Source of the DNA: Leptogorgia sarmentosa
Lineage: Eukaryota
Direction: 5' to 3'
Assembly: GCA_964658305.1 (NCBI GenBank)
Contig: OZ210885.1
Location: 1,984,001-2,048,000, forward strand
DNA length: 64,000 nucleotides
The notes beneath the pieces were generated by a model. The model made no database searches, was not told the origin of the DNA, and worked only from the letters and a program-made list of their open reading frames with translations. Made by a program: the position numbers and the translations under genes. How positions within the stretch are numbered: the first letter of the stretch is position 1; every line of letters begins with the position of its first letter. Positions 14,501 through 28,568 of this stretch are shown piece after piece.

Positions 14501-17500
14501 CCTAAAATTGCTCAAGATTGCCTATGATCGACATATATTATATACAAATAAATAAGCATTCTGGACTTAATAGGGTGTCTTAATTGAGAGAATCTGAATT
14601 TTATAATCCCAAATAAACCTTACATAATAATTATCACCCAATATTGCCTAAGATCGTCCAAGATTGCCTAGGATCACCTAAGATCGCCCAAGATCGCAAA
14701 AGAACGCTCAAGATCGCCTTGAATTTGGCATTTCCCCCCTAATATCGCCTAATATCGCAATTAATCGCGGCGATCTTGGACCCTGAGTAGGCCTACTTTC
14801 AAATTCCATTTTGAAAGCTATATTGCTGTGTATGCGACTTATCGGAAAGAAGGCAGATGAAAACACCTACCAAGTTCAAGTTGATTCAAACATTTACATC
14901 ATCGTATCCAAGTAGGCCTGATAACACGAGGGAAAAATACAAAATAATGTATTCTACCTGTTGAAGCGTTGATGGTCACAAAGTTGTAACCACGATGATG
15001 TGGGGAGTAGTCTGTTCCGTTAACCTTGATAATTCCAAGTCCGAATTGACTTGAACGATTCTGATCTGCGTAAGCTTCACTCCTAATGTGAATATTCAGG
15101 TATCCCGCAAAATGCATATTACCAGTGTGATCTAAATAACCTATAATCACGAGAATGATGATATAAATCATCCAATGGAACTGTTCGAAATGTCTCTGCA
15201 TAACAATAATAATTTCATTTATTATTGTATTATTTCCCATCTGTTCATTTTCATGTAAAAGTTACTCTCAGAATACCCTCACACCAACGCTATATGGCGC
15301 TATCATTGATAAATCAAAATAAAAAAATCCTCATATCGACTTCTCGCTCAAAGAAAAATTTAGACAGCAACCAATTTGCATAGGATTTTTTTGGCGGGGG
15401 CAGAGGATTGTTTAAGGCAGAGGTGAGAGGACATCGGCCTTTCTACAAATAACGACATCTCGATCGCTATTTTTGCATTGGAAGAAGGCTGCAATGGTGT
15501 TTTATCAGGTTTCAGCTAAAAAGGGCGTGATAATCTGTTTTTTTTCAGACAACTGTTTTCACTTAAAATAGCGCGGGCACCGACAGATCGGTCTAAAAAG
15601 ACTTGTAGGCTTTTAGCCAATGAAAAACCGAGAACGTACATAGTACCATGAATATTATAATTAACAAACATGTATAAGTTCCTTTATTATCGTATAATAT
15701 ATAATTGCCTTTTGACGAAGTACAAAAGTACAATTTAGAACAAAGGTCTGGCCAACTTTTTGACAGTTATGAATGTGTAAAACCCTGCTTCGTCATCAGT
15801 AAAACAAATTCAATGCGCCATTAATCATTGATAGGATTGCTTAAAACATACTTTTATTATTGTCTTTTGATGCATTTGACAAGCAGCTTGTATTATATTC
15901 CTGGAACAAATATAAAACGTTCGTTAAAATTTGTTAATTGTGTTGTTACGTAAATAGTTCTACAGTGCCTGGAATGTGATTTGGTTGCTTTGATGAAAAA
16001 GACAGCGATGAATTTACGTTGTTTTGACAGGATGGGCGAGCAAGCAGAAGGCCTACTCCAGGGTGTAAGATCGCCTAAAATCGTCTAAGATCGCCTAAAA
16101 TCGCCTAAGAGCGCCTGATAACGCCTAAAATTGCTCATAATATTGACATAATCGACATAATATTACATACAAAGAAATAAGCATTATGGACTTAATTAAT
16201 AGGGTGTCTGAATTAAGAGAAGATCCCTCGCCTAAGATCCCCCAAGATTGCCTAAGATTGCCCAATATTCCCTAAGATCGCCTAAGATCGCCCAAGATCG
16301 CATAAGAACGCCCAATTAATCGCGGCAATCTTGGACCCTAGAGTGCATGGGCCTAGGAGATACCTGAATTTCATGCATGGCCTAGTTGCATGTATATTTT
16401 TATACCGTATCTACTCGTAGAAGAAAAAACATAGAAGGTCTGTCGACACAATTATTGTGTATTATTATTTCGTTATAAAAATGAAGTTGAAATCTACGGA
16501 TTCTTAAATGATGAACATGGAGCAGATAATTGACTTTCATAACCAACTTGGCTTTTGAAGTCACTTGAATAGAACTAGCTAGATAAAATCAATTCAAGAT
16601 AGAGGGCAACCATGGCCATTATTTTTTAGACATAACATTGCAATCAAACAAGCAAAATAAAAAACAAATGATAAGGAAGTTTAATATTTGAAAGTTCTAT
16701 TAAATCAGATAAACTAACTGTTTGTTGGCGTATCCCCATGATTAATATTGGAGTTGAATAATTGTACTGCACTTAACCAATTGTAGTGTTTACAATTGTT
16801 AAGTTCTCTTGAAAAGATTTTGTCAGCCCCTCTGGGTCTACAACAATGATGCAATACAATCCCATTAATACTGAATATTATTATGTGACTGTTTACCTTT
16901 GAAGGGAAAACGAGGTAAACATAATCATAAGATGAGTTTTTTTCCAACAACTCCTGGGTTGTATTGTAGACAACGTTATGCAACATTTCACAATTTGATT
17001 CATTCTGTGAAACCAAAGCCGTTTGGTAGTTGATTGATCTACAACATCCCTCCATAGCACACGTCAGCACACAGTCTATCCTTTGTGACACTTGTATTGC
17101 CTTGAACACTGTCGTATTGAGTCTGGCGCCTGCAGTGAGCAAGATGAATTATTTTATTTTAAATAAAACTTCTGGAAATTCGTGGGAAATTTCTGAAAAG
17201 GCACTATACGTTATTTAGATCATACGCTTGTAAGAAAATATAAAATAATTATAATATAGAAACTGTGACGCCCTCTTTTTTGGCATGCAACGTGTAAAAT
17301 TAGTAAATGATAATTAATTTCAGGATTGTAACCTAAAAATTCTTAAAATCCTCTTCTCATGCAGGTGCATGATTATGCGAGAATTTCTTGGTCTCTTTTC
17401 CCAGAGACGATCAAAGTGACCACCCAGTGACCTGATAAAGACTGGATGGCAGGAATAGCGATTACCCATTGGCTAAATTGCGCGATTCGCATTGCGACAA

Positions 17501-18067
17501 CTATACGTTTTCTGCTGTACTATTAACTAAAGCAATGTTATTTCGACAGCCCGAATGCTGGTTGCGTTATATCGCGTTATATCGTTCTGTTTTCCATCGT
17601 ACAATGTGTAAATTTTTTAAGATTTATTTTGTGATAAATCATCTATATATAGTTAAAGACTGTAAATAGAAAAGATGAGAAAAACAGCACCAAACAGGCT
17701 CAACCTTTCTTCAGTCAAAAGTTCTAATTTTTAAATCTTCTTCAAATTGATGTACAATTTGTGTTTTTCAAATTGCAAAAACATAGCCTCCAATATAGTC
17801 GCAACTGACACCCATTATTATCGCGGCTACTATTCCTCCTTGACATGTGCAGTATAGTTGCAAATCTTTTGCCGGGATCAAACAAATTCCTACATATTCG
17901 ACAGGGCAATTTTAATATACAGCATCGTAAATTTTATCTTATATACCTGACCTACCTTCAAGACTTGAATTAAAACAAATTCTTGACGAGTCGATGGTTT
18001 GACTCAGAGCAATACCGCAAAAATACATTGCCGTCAAAGTGTGAAGTGAATTGACTACCAAATACAT
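11549..18067 (-). CDS. G3: secreted PAN/Apple (type B) + ILEI-domain protein
   Basis: Exons 18067-17956 (MYLVVNSLHTLTAMYFCGIALS...), 17129-16897 (DCVLTCAMEGCCRSINY...NCEM), 15900-15852, 15104 (or 15131)-14958, 14265-14178, 12178-12010, 11614-11549 (...VIGFPIW*). The canonical ILEI-1 acceptor reads GG; an in-frame AG lies 27 nt upstream. Confidence 0.85.
11771..11873. repeat. 16-bp tandem repeat (gttcgacaaaatggtc), about 5-6 copies, probably a transposon subterminal fragment
   Basis: Tandem units read directly, ending in gtccggtcacc. Confidence 0.8.
12560..13911. mobile_element. Non-autonomous Kolobok-type DNA transposon with THAP and KolX-like remnants
   Basis: 27-bp perfect TIR agtgttactgcaacgaatttttcgacc; TTAA at 12556-12559 and 13912-13915; AG...CT termini. 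Minus ORF 13698-13420 is THAP-like (KRCVAGG...SC.N...GVSMHLFP). A convergent plus-strand remnant at 12888-13093 has AYDDEPIA...DGLLPATIEQR with an internal stop. Confidence 0.85.
14457..14794. mobile_element. MITE-like element with 11-bp gatcgcctaa repeats (copy 1)
   Basis: Ends cctactca... / ...tgagtagg; internal gatcgcctaa arrays; second copy at ~16049-16345. Confidence 0.6.
16049..16345. mobile_element. MITE-like element with 11-bp gatcgcctaa repeats (copy 2)
   Basis: Same core (aataagcatt.tggacttaat...agggtgtct) and same repeats as 14457-14794. Confidence 0.6.
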
Positions 18068-19024
18068 TGTTGTCTATACTGGCAATTTACTGTCGATTTC
18101 TCTACAATGAAAATTGTCATAGGTATTACGTAATGGTAATTTTTATTGGTTCATTTGCGAAAGTAAACAACTGGTGCCCTGCCGAAAACAAAATGGTGAC
18201 TTCGAAATTGCAAGTTTATAAATGTTATTTCAAGTTTAATTTTAAAGATATACAGAATCCAAGAGAGACGAAAAATACACAGCAGGCAAAAAAAATGCTG
18301 TGGAAATCCCCCACAGGCAAGATTTTAAATTTGAAATTGCTGATTTGTATTGTTTTTATTTCCTTGCTTTATAACAGACGCTTAATGTCTGTTCTGTCAG
18401 GAAATGGCTTTCTTTTCTCTCGAAACTCAATGTTTCCAGAGACGAAGCCGAGCCGATGCGAGCAGAGATTTTAAGTGTAGCTATAATGTAATTATAATGT
18501 TTTGATTTACTATACAGTAGAACATATGCAGATTAAAGTTTCTTTTTACATCTTTTTCAATACCATAAATGCAATGGATATTTTTTAAAATAAAATATAG
18601 ACTAATGGGATACATATTAATTATAAGGGGGACAATTTGATGAAATGTCAGACTATACATTAATGGTTTCCTTTACTCCGGCATAGCCGTGCGGAATTCC
18701 CACTTCGATTTCGTCCCGTCTATCAGTTTTTTAGTAAAGTTTCGTTACTATGTTTCGAAAATTGTATATTATATTTATACCAAATAAAAAAATTAGACAT
18801 TTGAGTTATGTTTTACTTGATCACTGCTAACATGATCGATCTTTATGTATTTATATATATTTGAAATGGCCATTTTGGGAGCGACAGTATACATCATATA
18901 TTATTTAAGATGTATAAATTAAAAGCGTAAAAATTATTGCGAGATAACCTTGTTAATAAAGATATAAAGTTCAGATGCAGGTTACAAGCGCTAGCACGCA
19001 AATGTATTATTTTCATAGGGAAAT

Positions 19025-19494
19025 CAGTGACGTAGCCAGAACGATAATTTGGGGGGGGGCATATTCATATATTCGTCATTACATACAATTGATTTCAGAC
19101 GCAATATCATTGTAGTCAATTTCCTGGACGCTGATTGGCGGCTAAAAAGCTTCAACAACTGTGCGAATTAAACATTAATTACACAGGGGTGTAATTAATT
19201 TTTCAAATATACCACGGTTTCGAGCCCGCGAGATGCGAGCGGTAAATTTAAAAACAAGTAAAACTACATTGTTTCTTGTATAAATTTACGATGGATTTTG
19301 ATTTGTTTGATATTAAAAGGAAATTACACTTGTTCCCGAAGTATTAATGAAAAATTGCACTTGTGCAAACACGCGTGCAATTTTTCATTAATACTTCTCA
19401 CAAAACATGTAATTTCTTCTTATACAAATTACTAACGCTGAATATGAATATATGAATATGGGCCCCCGCAATTATCGTTGTGGCTATGTCACTG
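19025..19494. mobile_element. hAT-like MITE
   Basis: TIR cagtgacgtagcca / tggctatgtcactg extending into imperfect inverted arms; 8-bp flanks agggaaat / tgggaaat (1 mismatch). Confidence 0.7.
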
Positions 19495-22400
19495 TGGGAA
19501 ATATTTGCAACAGATAAACATTATATAGTCACAATTTTGCACGTAATTATTTAACAAATAGTCACAGTCATTCAGGAAATTTCTCTCCAAAGATCGGTCC
19601 ATACGCTTACAACGACTGATCGGATTTTGTGAATTTGCATGGGTAAGACTGAAGCCTTAATGGCCTGTTCATAAATTATCATAGCCATATATACTGCCAT
19701 AGGTTTTTGCTTTCGGGACGTTTTTAACCATTTTCCGATAACGAAAGGAAGAGTCATTTGAGAGCGAAAAAATTCTCTGGTTTTCTAGATACTGATGTTT
19801 CTCTCAGCTTTGTGAATTGCGAGGCGCTGATGCGCTGATGCGAGTACACGTGTTATTTATATAATATATGTCCAGCCTGAAAATCGGCACAAAAATCGCT
19901 GTATATATAATGCAAAGGGAATTTAAAAAGTCCAGTTGAAAAATTTAATGAACTTGAATTTTCCACTATAATGATACAAAATGTGACTAAAGTCTAAGAT
20001 TACAAATGTACCTTAAATTAGTGATATATGCATGGGGATGGCATTATATTGAAGAGAATTAACAGCTTCTCGTCTACTTTTTTTGCGCTTCATGTTCAAC
20101 TCTAACAACTCAGTATTGATAATATACTATTATATTAATAAATATCAATAAAATGTTCCACACAACGATTACATAGTTTTGACAAATTGTTTCAAGCCTT
20201 TTTAAGTGTCACACGAATATATAGCAAATCAATTAATTTTGCTTTACAAAGCTGAAAGAGCCATAAACTTGTTTATCCGTTGGCATCCTTATTCTCTTAG
20301 AAAGTAACCATAATGTAGGGAATTATAATACAAGACAGGTTTTCTAATATAGTACTTACCAAAGACAAACTAGCTTTTGTGCCGTTCCAATAACAAAATA
20401 CGTTATTCATTACAATATATTCATGCAGAGTATTATGTACATGCATGTAAATAATTAAGAATGTGCAAAATTATTGCTCCTAACAAAACTTAATCATGAA
20501 ATGGATTCTATAATGCAGATTATTTCCAACACCGTCGACGAAAGGATTTAGTTCTTGCAGCATATTTGAGGAAACCCGTTAACACTTTATTCATATCAAA
20601 GAATTATTAAGTATAATCTTTGTCAATTTTATTGGGCAGGCGTTCACCTGAGCAGTGGCGTAACGGAGGGGTGTCAGGGTGTCTAGTGACAGGGGGCCCC
20701 CGAACTTTAGGGGCTCCCGACAAAATGAACATAAAAAATTGATAGCACATTTCTGGGGAATTCAAATACGAAAAACCGACAGATATGCAGGTGCCGGTGG
20801 AGTTGCCTATTAATTGGGACTTATGGTGTATCCTTTGGAAGAGAGAAGCGAAATTCATTAAATTCAAATTCGGGTTCGAGTCTATTCTGTAACAAAGAAT
20901 AGCAACAATTCTGCAACAATTCTTGCGTTGTGTGTTTGCGTCTCAACAACAATCGAGAGCAGTAAGCGGAGGTTCTTTCAGTAGGATACGTTCTGAGTAA
21001 TGACGGACGATCACACAATAGTTTCAAACATTATATTCTTTAATTACATAGTAGCTCTCATTACGCGAGCCCGTTAAACTATACAAATCATAAAACATTG
21101 TAAACGTGTAGGTGTGTTCAGAGTGCGAGTGTAATCTTAAACCTTAGCGAATTGTTCTGACCAATAAACCGCGAGTATAGGTGTGAATGTTACTGATTGT
21201 GCGTAAATATGACGTGTACATATATGAGTCCGATTTATGTTGTTAAGGTGCGAAAGTTTAGTATCTGAACAGAACAGTGCCTAATCCAATAAGTGTTCTG
21301 TCGTTATTTCACGACAAATAGTGACAGCGAAACCAATCATCGTTGTCGCTCGGCAGCGAAGCCAACAGCTTTGTTTGCCTAAAGAAAATGACATCCATAA
21401 CTATAAGCTTACAGATCTCGGAAACAGGGTTATCGAGGCATGCATTTAACCGAACAAACATCCAAAGCGTAATGTCACAGAATATTACTCATGCAAGTCG
21501 ATCGCACTTCATCTTTATCTAGTGCTGCTTTCGTATTATTGACCGTCATTGGCCGGAAATGAAAATATGTAAAGGCCATGACTAACTTCCGGACAACAAT
21601 AGTACGGAGGGCAATCTGAAATATGATTGGATGATGAGTAAGATTTTTTTTCGTAGGTCATTTCATATAATTACTCGGGCTACCGTAGGTAGACCGAGTT
21701 TAAAAATGGGCTTCGATTTTCCTTTTTTTCGGTCGCGAGTTTGCAAAAAACACGCGTGGGCGACACGAAGTCCTTGAACCAACTCGGGCACTGCCCGTGG
21801 GTTCGTCATTTATAAACTTCATGTAGCCCGAGTGAACGCATGATAGGCGTCTTGTTATTACTTGGCCCGGTGCGAAATCGTAAAATTTATCTTAATTTTT
21901 GGGCATAGTGAATGTATACGTATTATTATAAAATGCGCATGCTTATGAAATAATATATAAGCATATAAACATTAGAATTAGTTTTGTCGGCAAGCGAAGT
22001 TTACGATGGAAATCTGTTGACAAGCATATTTTATTGCTAATTTAAATAAAAAGAAATTAAATTAGCCATAGCGTTAACGAGCCCAAAGGATCTGAAATGC
22101 CCCGAATATTGGCTTAAAATGGGTTTTTACAACTTTTAGTTTGATTCAATCAGGAAACAATGTTTCTTTTTTCAATTATGGTTTCTCCTGTGGAGAATTT
22201 CAAATTCAGGGCTTGTAGCCAGAGCGTTAATTAGGGGGGGAGGTATATTTATGTATTCGTATTCTGCCCGACTGATTTCTTTTGGAATTGGTAGTTTTTT
22301 AATTAATTTCATTAGAAATCCTTTGTGTAAGTTTATGTTCAGAGGGATTTTTTCACTTTTTTTATACACTTTGCATAATACGATTAAATTGTTGGGGATT

Positions 22401-22588
22401 GACTAACATTTCAAACCAAGCAATGCAAGGAAGTGATATAAACAGGAATCACTGTTGTTCAGTCTTCAGTCTCATTCTTAAGCAAATTAGTATTTTTAAT
22501 TATTTCTCAGTCATATAATTCTAGCACCAAAATCCTGTATTACAGATATTACACAATCTACAAACATAGAGAACTTACCTATTTTTGA

Positions 22589-25500
22589 CTACCATATTGG
22601 GAAGCCAATCACTTTCGAAATAATGCTTGGGCCGTTCCCTTGTCCGTTTTGAACCTGAGTATTAAGTATTTTAAAAATAAATTCGGTTACAGATAATAAA
22701 GTCATTTTGATATTAAATTAAGTTTACTGGATAGCATACATGAAGTATTCTGAAAAACAAATCCAAGAAACGTACCAGAAATAGAGCAATGAAAAAAATT
22801 CTTAATTTGAACTGTGAACAGATTGAATGCGATGCGGCCAGCAATTACTTTACCCGGGTGTAATTAGCGGTGCGTATTTATTACACTCTTCCCAGGCTAA
22901 CGCCTGGACGGCCGTGGCTCGATTTGAATTGCTCTTAGTTTTATATGGTAATTATTTAAAATTTATGTTTTAAAGCTTAAAATTTTCAATTATTGGCTAT
23001 AACATCCACCGCAGAGATATTAACTAGCTCCCTGGGTTATAAAATTAGGCGCTCCGGGTCCTGACCATCCAAGTAGTGCGTAGGAACCACGGAAATTCCC
23101 TCTCAGAGGGTTTTGAGCTCCAACTTTCTCTAATGCTTGGTAAGCTGCGTCGGTCATTCCCGAGCTACCCTCATCTTGGACGGCAATCAAGACTAGAAGT
23201 CTAAATTAGTGTGAAAGATTTATCGTCACGTATCGCGATATCGCGATGTTGCTTGACAACAGCTGACAAAAAAATTATTGTTATAATTATATCATCTCAA
23301 AACGATTTTTTACCAGTTTAATTTTAAAAAAGCGCTATAAATTTCTTAAAAAACGAATCAAAATTATCAAAAAGGCATGGATAATTTTTGTGCATTATAA
23401 CCGGCCTAACATATACTACCTTTTTTCATTACCTTTTTTCCAATGAATTTAGGAAATCGGTCATTAGATCAGCGTCAGCTTCGTATGTGTCAAACGATTT
23501 AATCTGCTGGACAATCCCTGCAAAAAAGCCGATTGACATTCAGTAGCCTGCGCATCATCCATTTGGCTGTTAACATTGGCACTTTAACCTGTCTCTATGG
23601 GCATTATTAATTTCCACATGGTTATTTTTTTTTATTATACAGCTGGCAGGATGCATCAACAGTTAATTGAAAAAACACATCCAGATATAGATCTCCGTAT
23701 TAGAACTGTCGAAGGTCACCTCCAAACATTTTCAATGTTATTATTTAAAAATTAATCCGAATTATATGTGGATGCGGTAAATCAAAACACCTACCGGGTT
23801 TACTCCAAAATTTATAATTACATCATCGTATCAAAGTAGTCTATGATATAACACGTAAAAATTGGGCATGACCTTGCACATAATTGTGCAAAAACAATTT
23901 TCATAGGTCCATGTACATTTCAATTGATGCAAGCAAAAAACTGACATTTCGTATCAAGTGAAATTTATAAAAGTTGCATAATTTGCGTTAAGGTTGGACA
24001 GAATTCCGCCCAAGTCGGGTGGCATGAGTGATAATTACCAAAACTTCATGTAGTTTAAAGCCCCAGTTACACGTCACCGGATTACCTTAGGAGCTACGAC
24101 TTCAACAATTGCTATTTCCAAACGGATTCTGCATGCACTTATAATATAACAGAGCCAAACAAAAACTGTAAATACAAAAACGTTTCAAGAACAGAAAATA
24201 CTGGGAAGCCTCCTAAATTGATGTCACTCCAATGCGAATCTGGTATCGTGTAACTGAGGCCTAAAACTATTATCTGGAGTAATAAAATTATACTGACCGG
24301 CAGAAAAATCGCTAGACAGTCAATGGGTGCATAGCAATTAAAACAATTTATTTCATTAAATATTTGAGTGACTAATGTGTGGAAAATTCATCGATCAGTT
24401 TCATACGCTGTGCTATACTTCGCATGTGCCAAACTTAATTCAAGAAACGGCAAAATTGCGAGGAATGAATCGATTGGTCTTTAAATTGATCATGTAATTA
24501 TATACAGTGACGAAGCCAGCCCGACATTTGGTCATGCAAATGCAAATTTAAATCATTATGTTATTCATTTCTTTAGAAATTGATTCCTTTTACGGTCTAT
24601 AAACACAGAAAAATTTGCATGACAAATGACCATAATGCAATTTTTTGCGGTACCTGGTTTAGACGGATAACTTGACATGCATACCGTATGGCGTATAGGC
24701 GTATGCACAACTTCCAAAACCATGCGTATTTTGATGCAATCGAAGAAATGATTAGCTGCACAATGTTGGAAAAAATACAAAATAATTTTATTCTACCTGT
24801 TGAAGCGTTGATGGTGACCAAGTTGTGACCACGATGATGTGGGGAGTAGTCTTTTCCGTTCACCTTGATAATTCCACGGCCCCAATAACTTGAGCGATCC
24901 GGATCTCCGGCACCTTCGCTCCTGATGTGAATATTCAGGTATTCTGCAAAATGGATACTTCTAGTGAGATTTAAATAAGTTATTTCAAGATCGAAATCAG
25001 AATCGAAAATTCCTTATATTAATGACGACAACCAACTGTCATAAAACAACTGGAAAGATGGCTGAAATAACTTAAAATAGATGAAAAATTCCCTGGCTTC
25101 CATTGAAATTCCATTTCACAGGAAGCACCGCTGAAATATCTCGGGCGCCGTCAAAAACAACTGAAGATTACTGTTTCCCCTGGAAACAGCGCGGGTAATG
25201 ACAATATCTAAAATTACTCGTAGCCAATGAAAAACCAAGAACGTGGCGTACAATGAATAATAATAACGATAGGTAATAATTCAGTGAGCATGTACGTATA
25301 ACATTGCTGATGTCACGTATATTCCCAAACACGTGCAGCCCAAACAGTCGAGGCCAGTAAGTTTCTTTATTATTGTATAATGTGGTGATATCATTTTGAC
25401 GGGAATAAGAAAATAATGGCCATGCGGGAGCAAAGTACATATTGAAGCAAAATTCTGAACAACTTTTTGACATTTTTGTATGTGTAAAACCCTGTACGTC

Positions 25501-27227
25501 ATCAGCAAATAAAATTCTATTTTCAAAACATGCTTGGTTATAATAACGTGATTTTCTGCCTAAAACATACTTTTTTTAATTGTCTTTGATGCATTTGACA
25601 AGCAACTTGCATTGTATTCCTAGAGCAAAAATAGACTTTCGTTAAAAATTGCTAATTTTCAGTACAGTACGGTACGGTACGGTAAATAATAGTAAGTGCA
25701 TTATTATGTAATTATTTTAAAAATGCCTGGAATGTAATTTGGTTGATATTCTTATTCAACGGGCGGCGCGAGTCAAGAAAAACTAGAATTTCATGGCCTA
25801 GCCATGTGTATCAACAAAATAATTATACGTATCGGGCCCAGAGGTGTATCCAGAATTTTCAGCCAAGTGGAGGGGGGGGGGGGGGGGGGGGGGGTGTTGG
25901 ACGAGGGCGCACAAATAATCGAAAAGGAGGCACTCGAATCTCACATAAAACGTTTGTAATATGTAATTTTTGAATTTTACATTTTAACGGTGGATGTGAT
26001 TGTAAATAGGGAACGGTGAGGGTGACGAGGTACCACCATGGTTTGAGCGAGAAGAATTTAAACATTAATATTAACTCCTGGTTTGCCGGAAATGACCATT
26101 TCAGAGTCAATTTTTTCATGCTAAGTCTCTTAACCAAAACCTAAAAAACCATAGAAGGTCTGTCCACACAAATATGTCGTTTTTAGGTGCTGTCACAGAA
26201 AAGGATAGATCCGCCAGTGCGATAGGGAATAAAAATCAAGTTTTTCATTGCGTATTTTCTGGGCGAAATTTCAAATTTTTGTCCTAAAATCTCGTACATA
26301 GTTGGTGACAGACTGACAGTCGCATTATTTACTAAAATACGATAAATTTGGTTTACACTTGTTGTTTCCATAAAAGAAAATTTACCTAATTCAACCACAT
26401 TGCCTCCCAAATATGGCGGATTTAAGGTCGATCTGGTCGCATAGCGACAAGAAGACTAATTGCATGTTGTGTTTGTAAAATGCAACAGTTAAGTTTTTTG
26501 GATCTTCTCTCGAGGGATTTTGTCACCCCCTCTGGGTCTACAACAATGATGCAATACTATTCCGTTAATAATGATATGTTTTTTACCTTCAAAGGGAAAT
26601 CGAGGTAAACATGATCGTAAGATGAATTTTTTTCCAACAACTCCTGGGTTGTATTGTAGACAACGTTATGCAACATTTCACAATTTGATTGATTCTGTGA
26701 AGCCAAAGCCGTTTGGTAGTTGATTGATCTACAACATCCTTCCATACCACACGTCAGCACACAGTCTATCTTCTGTGACACTTGTATTGCCTTGAACACT
26801 GTCGTATTGAGTCTGGCGCCTGCAGTGAGCAGAGTGAATTACTTTAAGACTTGGAACACCGAAAAAATTCTGCTACGCAACCGCGGTCGAAGCAAATTGC
26901 GATATCGTTTTTAATCTTCTTGATATTGATGTAAAATTTGAGTTTGCAAATGCAAAGAACCTGACACTCATTATCATCGCGGTCACCACTCCTCCTTTGC
27001 CTGTGAATTTTTGCAAATCTTTTGCCGGGATCAAACAAATTACTACAATGTGAGTGATATTCGACAAGGCAATTTTCATGTACTACAGCATCCTAAATTT
27101 TATTACCTTCAAGACTTGCATTAAAACAAAATCTCAAAGACTCGATTGTTTGAATCTGCAAAATTGCGATACTGCAAAAATACATTGCCGTCAAAGTATG
27201 AAGTGAATTGAATACCAAATAATACAT
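22589..27227 (-). CDS. G4: secreted PAN/Apple (type B) + ILEI-domain protein; donor of exon 6 mutated (possible pseudogene)
   Basis: Exons 27227-27107, 26819-26587, 25619-25571, 24943-24797, 23517-23433, 23200-23032, 22654-22589. Close paralogue of G3. The donor after ...NFITQ is GG rather than GT. Confidence 0.8.
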
Positions 27228-28092
27228 GGCTGCTATCACTGGCAATGACTGTCGACCGTCAGATTTCTCTGTAATGAAAATTGATTCATTTTACAATATT
27301 TCAATATTAGTTTTTACAAATATCTCCTTCAAGCGTTTCCAATTAAGTTTCGCACAAAATAATATAGCTATAACAAAATTAATAAATGTTTGCTTTACAA
27401 ACTAAAATGTGATCAGTTTGTCTCATTCGTTAGCATCCTATTTCGTTTAGAATACAAACCAAATCTAGAGAATTATAAGACAAATTTTTCTATATATACA
27501 TGCAGTACTTACCAAATTAAAGTTTCTCAGACAAACTACACTTGTTTGAGTCGTTGCAACTACAAATTTCGAACATTATCGACAAAATATTCTAAGTAAG
27601 TAGCTATGTAGCTAATCAATTATGAATGCGCTGATTATTTGCGAATTAACAAATCTATCTACTGTCTGTATTCAACTCGGTCAAAGAAATAGTTCAGTTT
27701 ACGCAGCATATTTTAGAAATCGCGTTTAACATTTTATTTATATCAAAGGACTATTCTGGTATTTTTGTGAATTTTATTGACGTTCACCTGAGCAAGTTGC
27801 GATTAATAATTCAGTCAAACAAAATGTACTAATTATTACGCATGCTAGCGTTATTAGTGAATGCATGTGTGCTCAATATTAACAAGTATATATAAGTATA
27901 TATAAGTACCCACAAATGCTTTTTGTTTTTTGTGTTGCGTTTTGAAACCTAGGGCAAAATTATAAATTCGTATTTCTATCCAGAATTGTCTGAAAACAAT
28001 AAATAGCGCTTCAGCTTACCAAACCTTTGGAAAAGAAAAAAATGTATTTGCCACGTGCACTTCCCATGCAACTAACAGCTGTGTTTGCCTGG

Positions 28093-28568
28093 GGACCTTT
28101 AACCTTTTAACTAAAATTTAAAAACTTTGAAATAGGGAAGATCCATCGCCACAGCTTGAAAGAGCATGTTAAATTTAGTAAAATTGCAAAGTTTGGTTGC
28201 GAAATGTTGACGTTGTAAAGGAGAAAACTATTTCACACTGCGAAGTTGCAATTTTTGTAGACTTTTCTATTAGCTGCGCACGGAAAAAGAATGTATTGCA
28301 TTTTCGCGCACCGCGGGGTACAACCTCGTATCCAGCGAGGATCAAGACCCTGGCTACGAGGTTGCGCGGGGTAACGTTTCTCCGTGCGTATGTAATACAA
28401 AAGTATACAAAAATTACTAAATTCACAAGGTCATATTTTCTTTACCTTACAATATTTCGCAAGCAAACTTTGCAACCTTACTGCCCTCAAGATACTCTTT
28501 TAAGCTGTGACGACAGAATTTCTTATTTCAAATTGTTTTAAATTTCGTCTATAAGGTTTAAAGGTCCA
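28093..28568. mobile_element. Degenerate MITE with imperfect TIRs
   Basis: ggacctttaacctt...ttgaaata / tatttcaa...aaggtttaaaggtcc; right end followed by TTAA. Confidence 0.5.
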
